From assembly GCA_026936335.1 (NCBI GenBank), contig JAPMXV010000073.1:124001-188000 (forward strand): 64,000 nucleotides of DNA, in the 5' to 3' direction. This document shows, in pieces, positions 47,429 to 59,920 of this stretch. Positions within the stretch are counted from its first letter, which is position 1. The number at the start of each line of letters is the position of its first letter. The notes beneath the pieces were generated by a model, which was not told the origin of the DNA, ran no database searches, and worked only from the letters and a program-made list of their open reading frames with translations. The stretch comes from Mantamonas sphyraenae STR306. Its lineage: Eukaryota > Protista > CRuMs. Both the position numbers and the translations under genes were made by a program.

Positions 47429-49116
47429 ATGAGCGCACAGATCAGGAGTGTGTGGAGGGCTCTGTTGTGGTATGGTGACGAGGAGCGCATTGAAGCGGCC
47501 TTGGCAGATGCGGGGGAGGTGAGTTTGCGATTAGAGGGAAATGAAGTCGGTTGGCCGTGGTGGGGAGTGAGGGAGGAGAGTTGCGTGAAATGTGGGACCA
47601 CTGGGTTCGCAAGTGACAGCTGACACGAATGATGCAGGACTTGAGTCTGCAAATGCTGGATATTGGTTCCGCCGAAGCAAAGTCACTGGCAAGGGCACTC
47701 GCTGCGAACAGCAGCTTACAGACGTTATCCCTCAGAATGAACGACATTGGGGATGAAGGTGCATCGGCGCTGGCCAAGGCTTTGGCAGCTAACCGCACGT
47801 TGCTGTCCCTGGCCTTGACCAACAATGCAATCGGCGTCGACGGAGCAACAGCACTGGCACAGGCACTGAATGAGAACAACAGCTTGCAGAGGCTGTACCT
47901 CGGCGGTAACAACATCGGATCAGAGGGAGCAGCATCACTCGCCAAGGCAATGGATATGAAGAGCAGCTTGCAGATGTTGGAACTCAGTGACAACAATGTC
48001 GAGTCAGAAGGGGCAGCAGCACTGGGTCAGGCGCTGAGAGAGAACAGCAGCCTAAAGGCACTGGACCTCAGAAGCAACAGCATTGGGGCAGAAGGGGCAG
48101 CAGCGTTGGCACATGCGCTTTCTGAGAACCGCAGCTTGCTGAGACTGGACGTCAGCAACAACAGCATCGAGGCAGAAGGAGCAGTATTACTGGCACAGGC
48201 ACTAGTTGAGAACCGCAGCTTGCTGAGACTGGACCTTGGGGCCAATGGCATCGGGGATGTGGGAGCAGAAGCAATGGCCCAGTCAATGTGCGAGAACAGT
48301 AGCTTGCAGACACTGCATCTCAGCAAGAACAACATCGGAGCAGAAGGGGCGGAAGCACTGGCGCAGGCGCTGAATGGGAACAGCACCTTGCAATCAGTTA
48401 CCCTTGATGGGAACAATATCGGGGCAGAAGGAGCAGCTGCACTGGCACAGGCACTCTGTGTGAACAGCAGCTTGCAATTCCTGGACCTTCGCATGAACAG
48501 GATCGGGATACCAGGGGCGGTGGCACTGACCCAGGCACTGGATGTGAACAGAAGGTTGCAGAGACTTGTCCTGGGCTCGAACGGCTTCTTGAAAGACGGG
48601 ACGGGAGCAATGGCCAAGGCGATGGAAAACAATCGATCGTGCTGGGCGATCCACTTCGGATTCGGTGTCGATGAAGCGCTGCAATCGCTGTTGAAGAGGA
48701 ACAAGGATCGGCATGTGGAGTTTGTGGAGTGTGGAGATGTGGAGAGGATGGCTGCGCTGAGGGAGTGGGGTGTGCCTGTAGACACGCTTGCTGCACGTGA
48801 GGAGACTGCGTTGGAGAGAGCGGTGAAGCAAGGGAATGATGAGGTGGTGGAGGCATTGCGGGGCTGGGGTGCTACAGTGAGGGAAGAGACGGTGAAGTTG
48901 GTGAGGGAGGAAGGATGGAGGAAGGAGTGGCATTGGATTGGGTGGAGTGGGGTGGTGGATGAGGGGATGGAAGTGGCGTTGGTGATGAATGGGGAGGAGA
49001 GGGAAGTGATGTTTGAGTGTGGAGGGATGGAAGGGTATGAGGCGAGTTGTGATTGGTGGACGGTGCCGGATGAGGTGATGGACAGGGTGTTGGGGTGGAT
49101 GGGGAAGGGAGAGTGA
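47429..49116 (+). CDS. LRR(~12)-ankyrin-tail protein, copy C (exons 47429-47518, 47638-49116)
   Basis: Same architecture; gtgagt donor. Confidence 0.88.
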
Positions 49117-49319
49117 GGAGAGAGTGATGGGAATGAATGGTGGATTTGGGTGGTGGGAAGGGTTGGATTGGAGGGTTGGGTGGGTGGAGGGGGGGGGAGA
49201 GGAGGGAGTTGTGTGTCTGGTGCTCGGATGCACTGGGTGGCCCACTGGAACTTGGATAGAGGCAAGGTTGGTCGGTGGTGTCTGTGTGGGAAGGGTGATG
49301 GTGGTGGAGAAGAGTGTGG

Positions 49320-49445
49320 AAGGGAGCAGTGGAGGAGGGGAGCACGTGAGAACGGGAGGGGAGCAGTGGAGGAGGGGAGCACGTGAGAACGGGAGGGGAG
49401 CACGTGGGAACGGGAGGGGAGCACGTGGGAACGGGAGGGGAGCTG
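49320..49445. repeat. Short ~21-bp tandem repeat (gggaggggagcacgtgrgaac) upstream of copy D
   Basis: Four CACGTG-containing units read directly; they replace the proximal spacer found upstream of the other copies. Confidence 0.8.
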
Positions 49446-49473
49446 ACACAAGGGGATCCAGGTCGATTTGATC

Positions 49474-51424
49474 ATGAGCACAACACATGAGGTGGACTGG
49501 GAGACACTGCTGCAGATCGGTGATCAGGAACGCATTGGGGAGGCATTGGAAGAAGCGGGGGAGGTAAGTTTGTAGTTTTGCAGGTTGGCTTCTGGGAAAG
49601 GCGGGTCTATGGCTGACACAGATGCTGTAGACCTTGGAACTACACGGCATGGAGACCAAAGGTGCGTCCGTGGTTCGCGCACTGATGGCAATGAGCCATT
49701 TGCGAGCACAGGCGTCTCTGAAGAACGGCAACGGCGAGATGGAAGCATCAGCGGGGGGGTCACAAGCACAGGGACAGAGACGGAACGTGATTAGGAACAA
49801 AATCAGCGACAGAGGTGCAGCCGTGCTGGCCGTGGCGTTGAGTGAGAACAGCAGGTTGACGACGCTGAACCTCGAGAGCAACAGCATCGGGCCAGAAGGG
49901 GCAGCAGCGCTTGCAACGGCAGTACGAAAGAACAGGAGCTTGCTGACGCTGATCCTTGCAAGGAACGAAATCGGGGCAGGAGGGGCGGAAGCACTGGCGG
50001 GGGCACTGGGGGAGAACGGAACCTTGCGCACACTGAACGTCGTTGCCAACAGGATCAACGACGAAGGGGCGGCAGCACTGGCACGTGCACTCAATGGGAA
50101 CAGCTCCTTGAGAAGGTTGGATCTCGACAGCAACTGCATCGGGGCAGAAGGGGCAACAGCACTGGCGGAGGCACTAAGAGAGAATAGCAGCTTGAAGAGA
50201 TTGGATCTGGACAGCAACCACATCGGGGCAATTGGGGCAGTCGCCTTGGCAAAGGCACTGGCAGAGAATAGCAGCTTGCAGACACTGTCACTTCACATGA
50301 TCAACATTGGGGGAGAAGGAGTCGAAGCAATTTTCAAGGCACTGCAAAGGAACAACTGCTTGCAGACACTGGACCTCGCCAGCACCTGGATCCAAGGGGA
50401 AGGGGCAGCAGCACTGGCAGAGGCACTGAGTGGGAACAGCAGCTTGAAGACGCTGAAACTCAGTAGCAACAGGTTTGGAGACGAAGGGGCAGCATCACTG
50501 GCGCAAGGACTGGCTGAGAACAGCAGCTTGCAGACACTGGACCTCCGCCAAACCCGCATTGGGCCAGAAGGAGCCGCTGCACTGGCACAGGTGCTGAGTG
50601 AGAACGACAGTTTGCAAACAGTCAACCTTGACCTCAACAACATCGGAGCAGAAGGGGCGGAAGCACTGGCGCAGGCCCTGAATGTGAACAGCACCTTGCA
50701 ATCAGTTACCCTTGATGGGAACAACATCGGGGCAGAAGGAGCAGCTGCACTGGCACAGGCACTCTGTGTGAACAGCACCTTGCAATTCCTGGACCTTCGC
50801 ATGAACAGGATCGGGACACAAGGGGCGATGGCACTGGTCCAGGCACTGGATGTGAACAGAAGCTTGCAGAGACTTGTCCTGGGCTCGAACGGCTTCTTGA
50901 AAGACGGGACGGGAGCAATGGCCAAGGCGATGGAAAACAATCGATCGTGCTGGGCGATCCACGTCGGATTCGGTGTCGATGAAGCGTTGCAATCTCTGTT
51001 GAAGAGGAACAAGGAGCGGCATGTGGAGTTTGTGAAATGTGGGGATGTACAGAGGATGGCTGCGCTGAGGGAGTGGGGTGTGCCTGTGGACACGCTTGCT
51101 GCACGTGAGGAGACTGCGTTGGAGAGAGCGGTGAAGCAAGGGAATGATGAGGTGGTGGAGGCATTGCGGGGCTGGGGTGCTACAGTGAGGGAAGAGACGG
51201 TGAAGTTGGTGAGGGAGGCAGGATGGAGGAGGGAGTGGCATTGGATTGGGTGGAGTGGGGTGGTGGATGAGGGGATGGAAGTGGCGTTGGTGATGAATGG
51301 GGAGGAGAGGGAAGTGATGTTTGAGTGTGGGGGGATGGAAGGGTATGAGGCGAGTTGTGCGTGGTGGACGGTGCCAGATGAGGTGATGGAGAGGGTGTTG
51401 GGGTGGATGGGCAAGGGAGGGTGA
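49474..51424 (+). CDS. LRR(~13 regular + degenerate N-terminal)-ankyrin-tail protein, copy D (exons 49474-49563, 49631-51424)
   Basis: gtaagt donor, ctgtag acceptor; first two repeats irregular; last LRRs match copy C. Confidence 0.86.
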
Positions 51425-51723
51425 GGAGGGAATGATGGGAATGAATGTTGGCATTGGGTGGATGGGGGTTGGCATTGGAGGGGATGGGGGGTGGGAAGGG
51501 GAAAGGAGGGAGTTGTGCCCTGCTCGGATGCACTGGGTGGACCACTGGAACTTGGGAAGAGAGACAAGGTTGGTGTTGAGTAGGGGGAAGAGTGTGCAGA
51601 GGGAGGGATGTGACTGTGGATGGGCTGGGTCATGGGAGGGGTGTTGTGGAAGGGCAAAACGAGGAAGCTGAGTTGCTTGTGACGTGCTGGGGCTCACACG
51701 GACGCAGGGCCAGTTGGTTGACC

Positions 51724-53236
51724 ATGGACACAGAGCCATCACTGTATTGGAAGGAATTGCTGCAGAGCGGTGATGAGGAGCGCATTGGAGTGGCATTGGC
51801 AGAGGCCGGGGAGGTGAGTTTGCGAGAAGAGGGCAACGAAGTCGGTTGGCCGTGGTGGGGAGTGAGGAAGGAGAGGCGTGTGAATGTGGGACCGCTGGGT
51901 GCGCATGTGACAGCTGACACGGATTGTGTAGGAGATGTGGCTGCAAATGATGGATTTTGGTCCCGCCGAAGTGAAATCCCTGGCAAAGGCACTGGCTGGG
52001 AACAGCAACTTGCAGAGGTTGAACCTCGGTATCAATGACATAGGGGACGAAGGTGCCTCGGAACTGGCCAAGGCTTTGGCAGCGAACAGCAGCTTGTTGT
52101 CCCTGGCCTTGAGCAGCAATGCAATCGGCGTCGACGGAGCAACAGCACTGGCACAGGCGCTGAATGAGAACAACAGCCTGCTGAGGCTGTACCTCACAAG
52201 AAACAGCATCAAGGCACAAGGGGCAGCAGCTTTGGCACAGGCACTGGGTAAGAACAGCAGGTTGCAGGTGTTGGAACTCCACAGCAACAGCATCGGGGAT
52301 GAGGGAGCAGCAGCACTGGGGCAGGCACTGAGTGAGACCAGATGGTTGCATACACTGGACCTCAGAAACAATAGCATCGGGGCAGCAGGAGCAGCAGCTT
52401 TGGCACAAGGACTGGGTGAGAACAGAAGTCTCCGGCAACTGAATCTTGGCAACAACAACTTCGGGGACGAAGGGGCAGCAGCAATTGGACAGGCACTGAG
52501 GGAGAACAGTAGCTTGCAGACACTGAATCTCGACGACAACAACGTCGGAGCAGAAGGGGCAACAGCACTTGGGCAGGCACTGAGTCAGAACAGCACCTTG
52601 CAGACAATGTTCCTCAACACCAACAGCCTCGGAGAAGAAGGCGCATCCGCTCTGGCTGAGGGACTGAGTGAGAACAGCACCTTGCAGAGACTGTACCTTG
52701 ACCAGAACAAGATCGGAGAAGAAGGAGTGTCGGCTCTGGCCAAGGCGATGGACAGCAATCGATCGTGCTGGCAGATGGAGGTCGGAGCCGTTGTCGATGA
52801 GGCATTGCAGGCACTGTTGAAGGGGAACAAGGAACGGCATGTGGAGTTTGTGCAGTGTGGGGATGTGGAGAGGATGGCTGCGCTGAGGGTGTGGGGTGTG
52901 CCTGTAGACACGGCACGTTGGGAGACGGCATTGGAACGAGCGGTGAAGCAAGGGAATGATGAGGTGGTGGAGGCATTGCGGGACTGGGGTGCTACAGTGA
53001 GTGAAGAGACCGTGAAGTTGGTGAGGGAGGGAGGATGGAGGAAGGAGTGGCATTGGATAGGGTGGAGTGGGGTGGTGGATGAGGGGATGGAGGTGGCGTT
53101 GGTGATGAATGGGGAGGAGAGGGAAGTGATGTTTGAGTGTGGAGGGATGGATGGGTATGAGGCGAGTTGTAAGTGGTGGACGGTGCCAGATGAGGTGATG
53201 GAGAGGGTGTTGGGGTGGATGGGCAAGGGAGGGTGA
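51724..53236 (+). CDS. LRR(~10)-ankyrin-tail protein, copy E (exons 51724-51813, 51932-53236)
   Basis: Same architecture; 5' end resembles copy C. Confidence 0.88.
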
Positions 53237-53504
53237 GGGGGAATGAATGTTGGTATTTGGTGGGTTGGTGGGTGGGAGGGGAAAGGTGGGAGTTGGGTGT
53301 CTGCTGCTCGTATGCACTGGGTGGCCCACTGGAACTTGGAAAGAGACAAGGTTGGTGTGCAAGGAGGGAAGAGTGTGCACAGGGAGGGATGCGACTGTGG
53401 ATGGGACTGGGTCATGGGAGGGGTGTTGTGGAAGGGCAAAAAGCGGACGCTGAATTGGTTGTGACGTGCGAGCTCACACGGGACGCAGGACCAGTTGATT
53501 GACC

Positions 53505-55393
53505 ATGGGCACACAGAAGAAAGTGAACTGGAAGGAACTGCTGCAGAGCGGTGATGAAGAGCGCATTGTTGTGGCGTTGGAAGAGGCGGGCGAGGTATGT
53601 TTGTGCGAGGCAACGTCTCCCGTGCGTGGGTATGGGCGGTGGTGACTGACACACCTGTGAAGACATTGAAACTGAGTTGGCTGGGCATTACGGCAGAGGA
53701 GGCAGTTGCACTGGCCACAGCACTGGCTGAGAACAGCAGTGTGCGCACGCTGAACCTCAACGTCAACAATACCTTCGGAGCAGAGGGGGCAGCAGCACTG
53801 GCACAGGCATTGTGTGTGAACAACAGCTTGCAGACAGTGAATCTCATCGGAAGTAGCATCGGGGACGAAGGAGCAGCGGCACTGGCACACGCACTGGGCG
53901 AGAACAGCAGCTTGCTCGCGCTGTGGCTTCAGGAGAACCACATCGCGTACGAAGGAGCTGCAGCGTTGGCCGAGGGATTGAGTGCCAACTGCAGCCTGCA
54001 GACACTAAGCTTTTCCGACAACACAGTTGGGGCAGAAGGAGCAGCTCTTCTGGCACAGGCGTTGTGTGTGAACGGCACCTTGCGGACGCTTGACTTGCAC
54101 GGCAACAGAATCGGTGACAAGGGAGCAGCAGCACTCGCAAAGTCACTGTGTGGTAACCAAAGCTTGCAGCAGCTGATTGTGAACAACAATGGCATCGGTG
54201 CAGAAGCAGCAGCAGAACTGGCCGCGGCACTTCGATGGAACAGCACTTTGCAGACACTGGGCCTTCAAAACAACAGAATCGGTGATGAAGGAACAGCAGC
54301 ACTGGCACAAACACTGGGTAGGAACAATGGCTTGCAGACACTGGAGCTCGACAAGAACAGAATTGGATCAGAAGGAGCAGCAGCACTGGGGCAGGCACTG
54401 AGTGAGAACAGCAGCTTGCTGGCACTGAGTGTAACCGACAACAACATCGGGGCAAAAGGGTCAGCAGCACTGGCACACGGTCTTGCTGTGAACAGTCGCT
54501 TGCAGGCACTGTTTCTCAGCAAGAACGGCATCGGAGACGAAGGTGCAGCAGCGCTTGTGCAGGCACTGAGTTCGAACAGTAGCTTGCAGACACTGCTTCT
54601 GAGCTTGAACAGCATCGGGGACACAGGGACAGCAGCGCTGGCACAGGCACTGGGTAGGAACAGTGGCTTGCAGCAAGTGAATCTCAACAACAACAACATT
54701 GGCGTACATGGGGCAACAGCACTAGCACAGGCACTGAGTGAGAACAGCACCTTGCAGACATTGCTCCTCAACAGCAACAGCATCGGGGAAGAAGGTTCTT
54801 CCGCTCTGGCTGAGGGATTGAGTGAGAACAGCAGCTTGCAAAGACTGTTCCTCAACCAAAACAAGATCGGGGAAGAAGGTGCATCCGCTCTGGCCAGGGC
54901 GATGGAAGACAATCGATCGTGCTGGGAGATTGAGTTTCGAATCGTCGACTCCAATCTGAAAGCACTGTTGAAGAGGAACAAGGATCGGCATGTGGAGTTT
55001 GTGGAGTGTGGTGATGTGGAGAGGATGGCTGCGCTGAGGGAGTGGGGTGTGCCCGTGGACACGCTTGCTACGTGGGCAGACACGGCATTGGAACGAGCGG
55101 TGAAGGGAGGAAATGATGAGGTGGTGGAGGCATTGCGGGGCTGGGGTGCTCAAGTGAGGGAAAAGACGGTGGAGTTGGTGAGGGAGGCAGGATGGAGGAG
55201 GAAGTGGCATTGGATTGGGTGGAGTGGGGTGGTGGATGAGGGGATGGAAGTGGCGTTGGTGATGAACGGGGAGGAGAGGGAAGTGATGTTTGAGTGTGGG
55301 GGGATGGAAGGGTATGAGGCGAGTTGTGAGTGGTGGACGGTGCCGGATGAGGTGATGGAGAGGGTGTTGGGGTGGATGGCCAAGGGAGGGTGA
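53505..55393 (+). CDS. LRR(~15)-ankyrin-tail protein, copy F (exons 53505-53594, 53663-55393)
   Basis: Same architecture; 68-nt intron. Confidence 0.88.
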
Positions 55394-55678
55394 GGAGGGA
55401 TTGATGGGAATGAATGGTGGCATTGTTTGGGTGTGGGTTGGCGTTGGGGGGATTGGTGGGTGGGGTGGGGGGGGAGGAGGGAGTTGTGTGGCTGGTGCTC
55501 GGATGCACTGGGTGGACCACGGGAACTTGCAAGTGGGACGAGGTTGGTGTGCACAGGGAGGGATGTGACTGTGGATGGGACTGGATCATGAGAGGGCGTT
55601 GTGGAAGGGCAAAAGGAGGAAGCCGAGATGGGTGTGACGTGCTGAAGCTCACACGGACGCAGGACCAGTTGGTTGACC

Positions 55679-57479
55679 ATGAGCACACAGATGGATGTAG
55701 ATTGGAAAGAGTTGCTGCAGAGCGGTGATGAGGAGCGCATTGCAGTGGCATTGGCAGAGGCGGGGGAGGCAAGTTTGCGCTGCGCGAAGGGAGGGGGAAT
55801 TCGTGGACGTGTCACAGACGAGGAGGGTTGAGAGGGGAGACACGAACGCATGGAGAGAGTAGATTATGGTCGATGGTTGCGTGAGATACGGGATGTGATC
55901 GCTGACACGAGTGGTGCAGCATTTGAGCCTGGGGAACAAGATCGTTGACAAACTGATGGTGACACTGGCCAAGGCACTGGCAAAGAACAGCAGTTTGAAG
56001 TCACTGAACCTTCGCAGCAACGTTATCGGGGACGAGGAAGCAGCAGAGCTGGCGCAGGCGCTGAGGGAGAACAGAAGTTTGGACCGCCTGGAACTCTACA
56101 AGAACAGCCTTGGCTACAGAGGGGTAGCAGCATTGGCAGACGCACTGTGTGTGAACAACACGCTGCGGAGCTTGAGCATCGGGAACGACAACATCGGAGA
56201 CGAAGTGGCAGCAGCACTGGCCAAGGTTCTTGTTGGGAACAGCTGCCTGCAGGAGCTGAGCCTTTGCTTCAACAACATCGGAGCCGAAGGGGCAGCAGCA
56301 CTGGCCGGGGCACTCTGTGTCAACAGTAGCTTGCAAATATTGCTTCTCAGCATGAACGGCATCGGAGACGAAGGTGCAGCAGCACTAGGGCAAGCACTGA
56401 GTAAGAACAGCAGCCTGAACACAATGTTGCTCATCAAGAACGGAATCGGGGACGAAGGGGCATCAGAACTGGCACAGGGACTGCGCGAGAACAGCAGCTT
56501 GTTGAGGCTTTTGCTCCAGGAAAATCGGATCGGAGACGAAGGTGCAGCAGCGTTGGCCAAGGCATTGCGTGCCAACAGCAGCGTGCAGACACTGAACTTG
56601 ACCGACAACAATGTTGGGGCAGAAGGAGCCTCAGCTCTGGCTAGGGGACTGTGTGAGAACAGCACTTTGCGGACACTGGACCTCAACAGGAACAGAATTG
56701 GATCAGAAGGAGCAGCGGCACTGGGGCATGCACTAAGAAAGAACAGCAGCTTGCGTGCACTGGGTCTCAGCGACAACAACATCGGGGCAGCAGCTGCAGC
56801 AGCAATGACCGGGGCTCTCTGTGTGAACAGTGGCTTGCAGACACTGTTCCTATCCATGAACAGCCTCGGGGACGAAGGTGCAGCAGCTCTGGCTGAAGGA
56901 CTATCTCAGAACAGCACCTTGCAGAGACTCTACCTCGCCAGCAACAGCATCGAGGTGGAAGGTGCATCCGCTTTGGCCAAGGCGATGGAAGACAACCGGT
57001 CGTGCTGGAAGATTCAGATCAGAGTCGACGACGCTGTAGCGCTGCAATCGCTGTTGGAGAGGAACAAGGAGCGGCATGTGGAGTTTGTGGAATGTGGAGA
57101 TGTACAGAGGATGGCTGCGCTGAGGGAGTGGGGGGTGCCTGTAGACACGCTTGCTGCACGTGAGGGGACGGCGTTGCAACGAGCGGTGAAGCAAGGGAAT
57201 GATGAGGTGGTGGAGGCATTGCAAGGCTGGGGTGCTACAGTGAGGGAAGAGACGGTGAAGTTGGTGAGGGAGGTAGGATGGAGGAGGGAGTGGCATTGGA
57301 TTGGGTGGAGTGGGGTGGTGGATGAGGGGATGGAAGTGGCGCTGGTGATGAATGGGGAGGAGAGGGAAGTGATGTTTGAGTGTGGTGGGATGGATGGGTA
57401 TGAGGCGAGTTGTGAGTGGTGGACGGTGCCGGATGAGGTGATGGAGAGGGTGTTGGGGTGGATGGCCAAGGGAGGGTGA
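55679..57479 (+). CDS. LRR(~13)-ankyrin-tail protein, copy G (exons 55679-55768, 55920-57479; GC-AG intron)
   Basis: Donor is GAG|gcaagt at the position where the other copies have GT. Confidence 0.82.
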
Positions 57480-57776
57480 GGAGGGAATGAATGGTGGCAT
57501 TGGGTTGGGTGGGGTTTGGCATTGGAGGGGATGTGGGTGGGAGGGGGAGAAAGGAGAGCAGTGTTGGGTGTCTGCTGCTCGGATGCGAAGGGTGGACCAC
57601 TGGAACTTGGATAGAGACAAGGTTGGTGTGCAAGGAGGGAAGAGTGTGCAGAGGGAGGGATGCGACTGTGGATGGGCCTGGGTCATGGGAGGGGTGTTGT
57701 GGAAGGCAAAAAGTGGATGCGGAATTCAGTGTGACATTCTGAAGCTCACATGGGACGCAGGACCAGTTGGATGACC

Positions 57777-59920
57777 ATGGGCACACAGACGAAAGTGAAC
57801 TGGAAGGAACTGCTGCAGAGCGGTGATGAGGAGCGCATTGGGGTGGCGTTGGAAGAGGCGGGGGAGGTATGTTTCGGGGCGGCAGGTTTCCCGTGCGTGG
57901 GCATGGGTGGTGGTGACTGACACCCGTGTTGCAGACATTGCAACTGAGTTGGCTGGGCATCAGAGCAGAGGAGGTAGTTGCACTGGCCACAGCACTGGCG
58001 GTGAACAGCAGTGTGCGCACGCTGAACCTCGACTTCAACAAATCCTTCGGAGCCGAGGGGGCAGCAGCACTGGCACAGGCATTGTGTGTGAGCAACAGCT
58101 TGCAGACAGTGAATCTCTACGGGAACCGCATTGGGGACGAAGGAGCAGCGGCACTGGCACTGGCACTGGGTGAGAACAGCAGCTTGCTGGCGATTTGGCT
58201 CCAGAACAACCGCATCGGATACGAAGGAGCAGCAGCGTTGGCCAAGGGATTGAGTGCCAGCTGCAGCTTGCAGACACTGAGCTTATCCGACAACACACTT
58301 GGAGCAGAAGGAGCAGCAGCACTGGCACAGGCGTTGTGTGTGAACAGCACCTTGCGAATGCTTGACGTGCACGACAACAGAATCGGTGACAAGGGAGCAG
58401 CAGCACTCGCAAAGTCACTGTGTGGCAACCAAAGCTTGCAGCAGCTGATTGTGAACAACAATGGCATCGGTGCAGAAGCAGCAGCAGAACTGGCCGGAGC
58501 ACTCAGTTTGAACAGCACTTTGCAGACACTGGGCCTTCAAAGCAACAGAATCGGTGACACAGGAACAGCAGCACTGGCACAGGCACTATGTGGCAACTGC
58601 AACTTGATGGAACTGCGTCTCAGCGCCAACCAGATTGGTGACACAGGAGGAGCAGCACTGGGGCAGGCACTGAGTGAGAACAGCAGCTTGCTGGCACTGA
58701 GCCTCAGCGACAACAACATCGGGGCAGAAGGGTCAGCAGAACTGGCACACGGTCTTGCTGTGAACAGTCGCTTGCAGACACTGTTTCTCAGCAAGAACGG
58801 CATCGGCGACGAAGGGGCAACAGCACTTGGGCAGGCACTGAGTTCGAACAGTTGCTTGCAGACACTGCTTCTGAGCATGAACAGCATCGGGGACACAGGG
58901 GCAGCAGCGCTTGGGCAGACACTGACTGAGAACAGCAGCTTGAAGACCATCTACCTCGACAGAAACAGCATTGGGGCAGAAGGAGCCTCAGGTCTGGCTA
59001 GGGGACTGTGTGAGAACAGAAGCTTGCGGAGACTTTACCTCAATCAGAACAGCATCGGTGCAGAAGGAGAATCAGCTCTGGCTAGGGGACTGAGTCAGAA
59101 CAGCAGCTTGCAAAGACTAGGCCTCAGTATGAACAACCTCGGGGCGGAAGGGACAGCGGCAATGGCACAGGCGTTGAGTGAGAACAACAGCTTGCAGCAT
59201 CTGAATCTCAACGACAACAACATCGGGGAAAAGGGGGCAACAGCGTTGGCTCAGGCGCTGAGTGTGAACAGCGCCTTGCACACAATGCTCCTCGACAACA
59301 ACAGCGTCGGGGAAGAAGGTGCATCAGCTCTGGCTGAGGGACTGAGTAAGAACAGCACCTTGCAGAGACTGTACCTCGGCAGAAACAGCATCGAGGAGGC
59401 AGGTGCATCCGCTCTGGCAAAGGCGATGGAAGACAATCGATCGTGCTGGCAGATTCAGATCGGAGCCGTTGTCGATGAGACATTGCAGGCACGGTTGAAG
59501 AGGAACAAGGATCGGCATGTGGAGTTTGTGCAGTGTGGGGATGTGAAGAGGATGGCTGCGCTGAGGGAGTGGGGTGTGCCTGTGGACACACTTGCTGCAC
59601 GTGAGGTGACGGCGTTGCAACGAGCGGTGAAGGAAGGGAATGATGAGGTGGTTGAGGCATTGCGGGACTGGGGTGCGAATGTGAGGGAAGAGACGGTGGA
59701 GTTGGTGAGGGAGGCAGGATGGAGGAAGGAGTGGCATTGGATTGGGTGGAGTGGGGTGGTGGATGAGGGGATGGAAGTGGCGTTGGTGATGAACGGGGAG
59801 GAGAGGGAAGTGATGTTTGAGTGTGGAGGGATGGATGGGTATGAGGCGAGTTGTGCGTGGTGGACGGTGCCAGATGAGGTGATGGAGAGGGTGTTGGGGT
59901 GGATGGCCAAGGGAGGGTGA
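57777..59920 (+). CDS. LRR(~18)-ankyrin-tail protein, copy H (exons 57777-57866, 57935-59920)
   Basis: Same architecture; closest to copy F. Confidence 0.88.
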
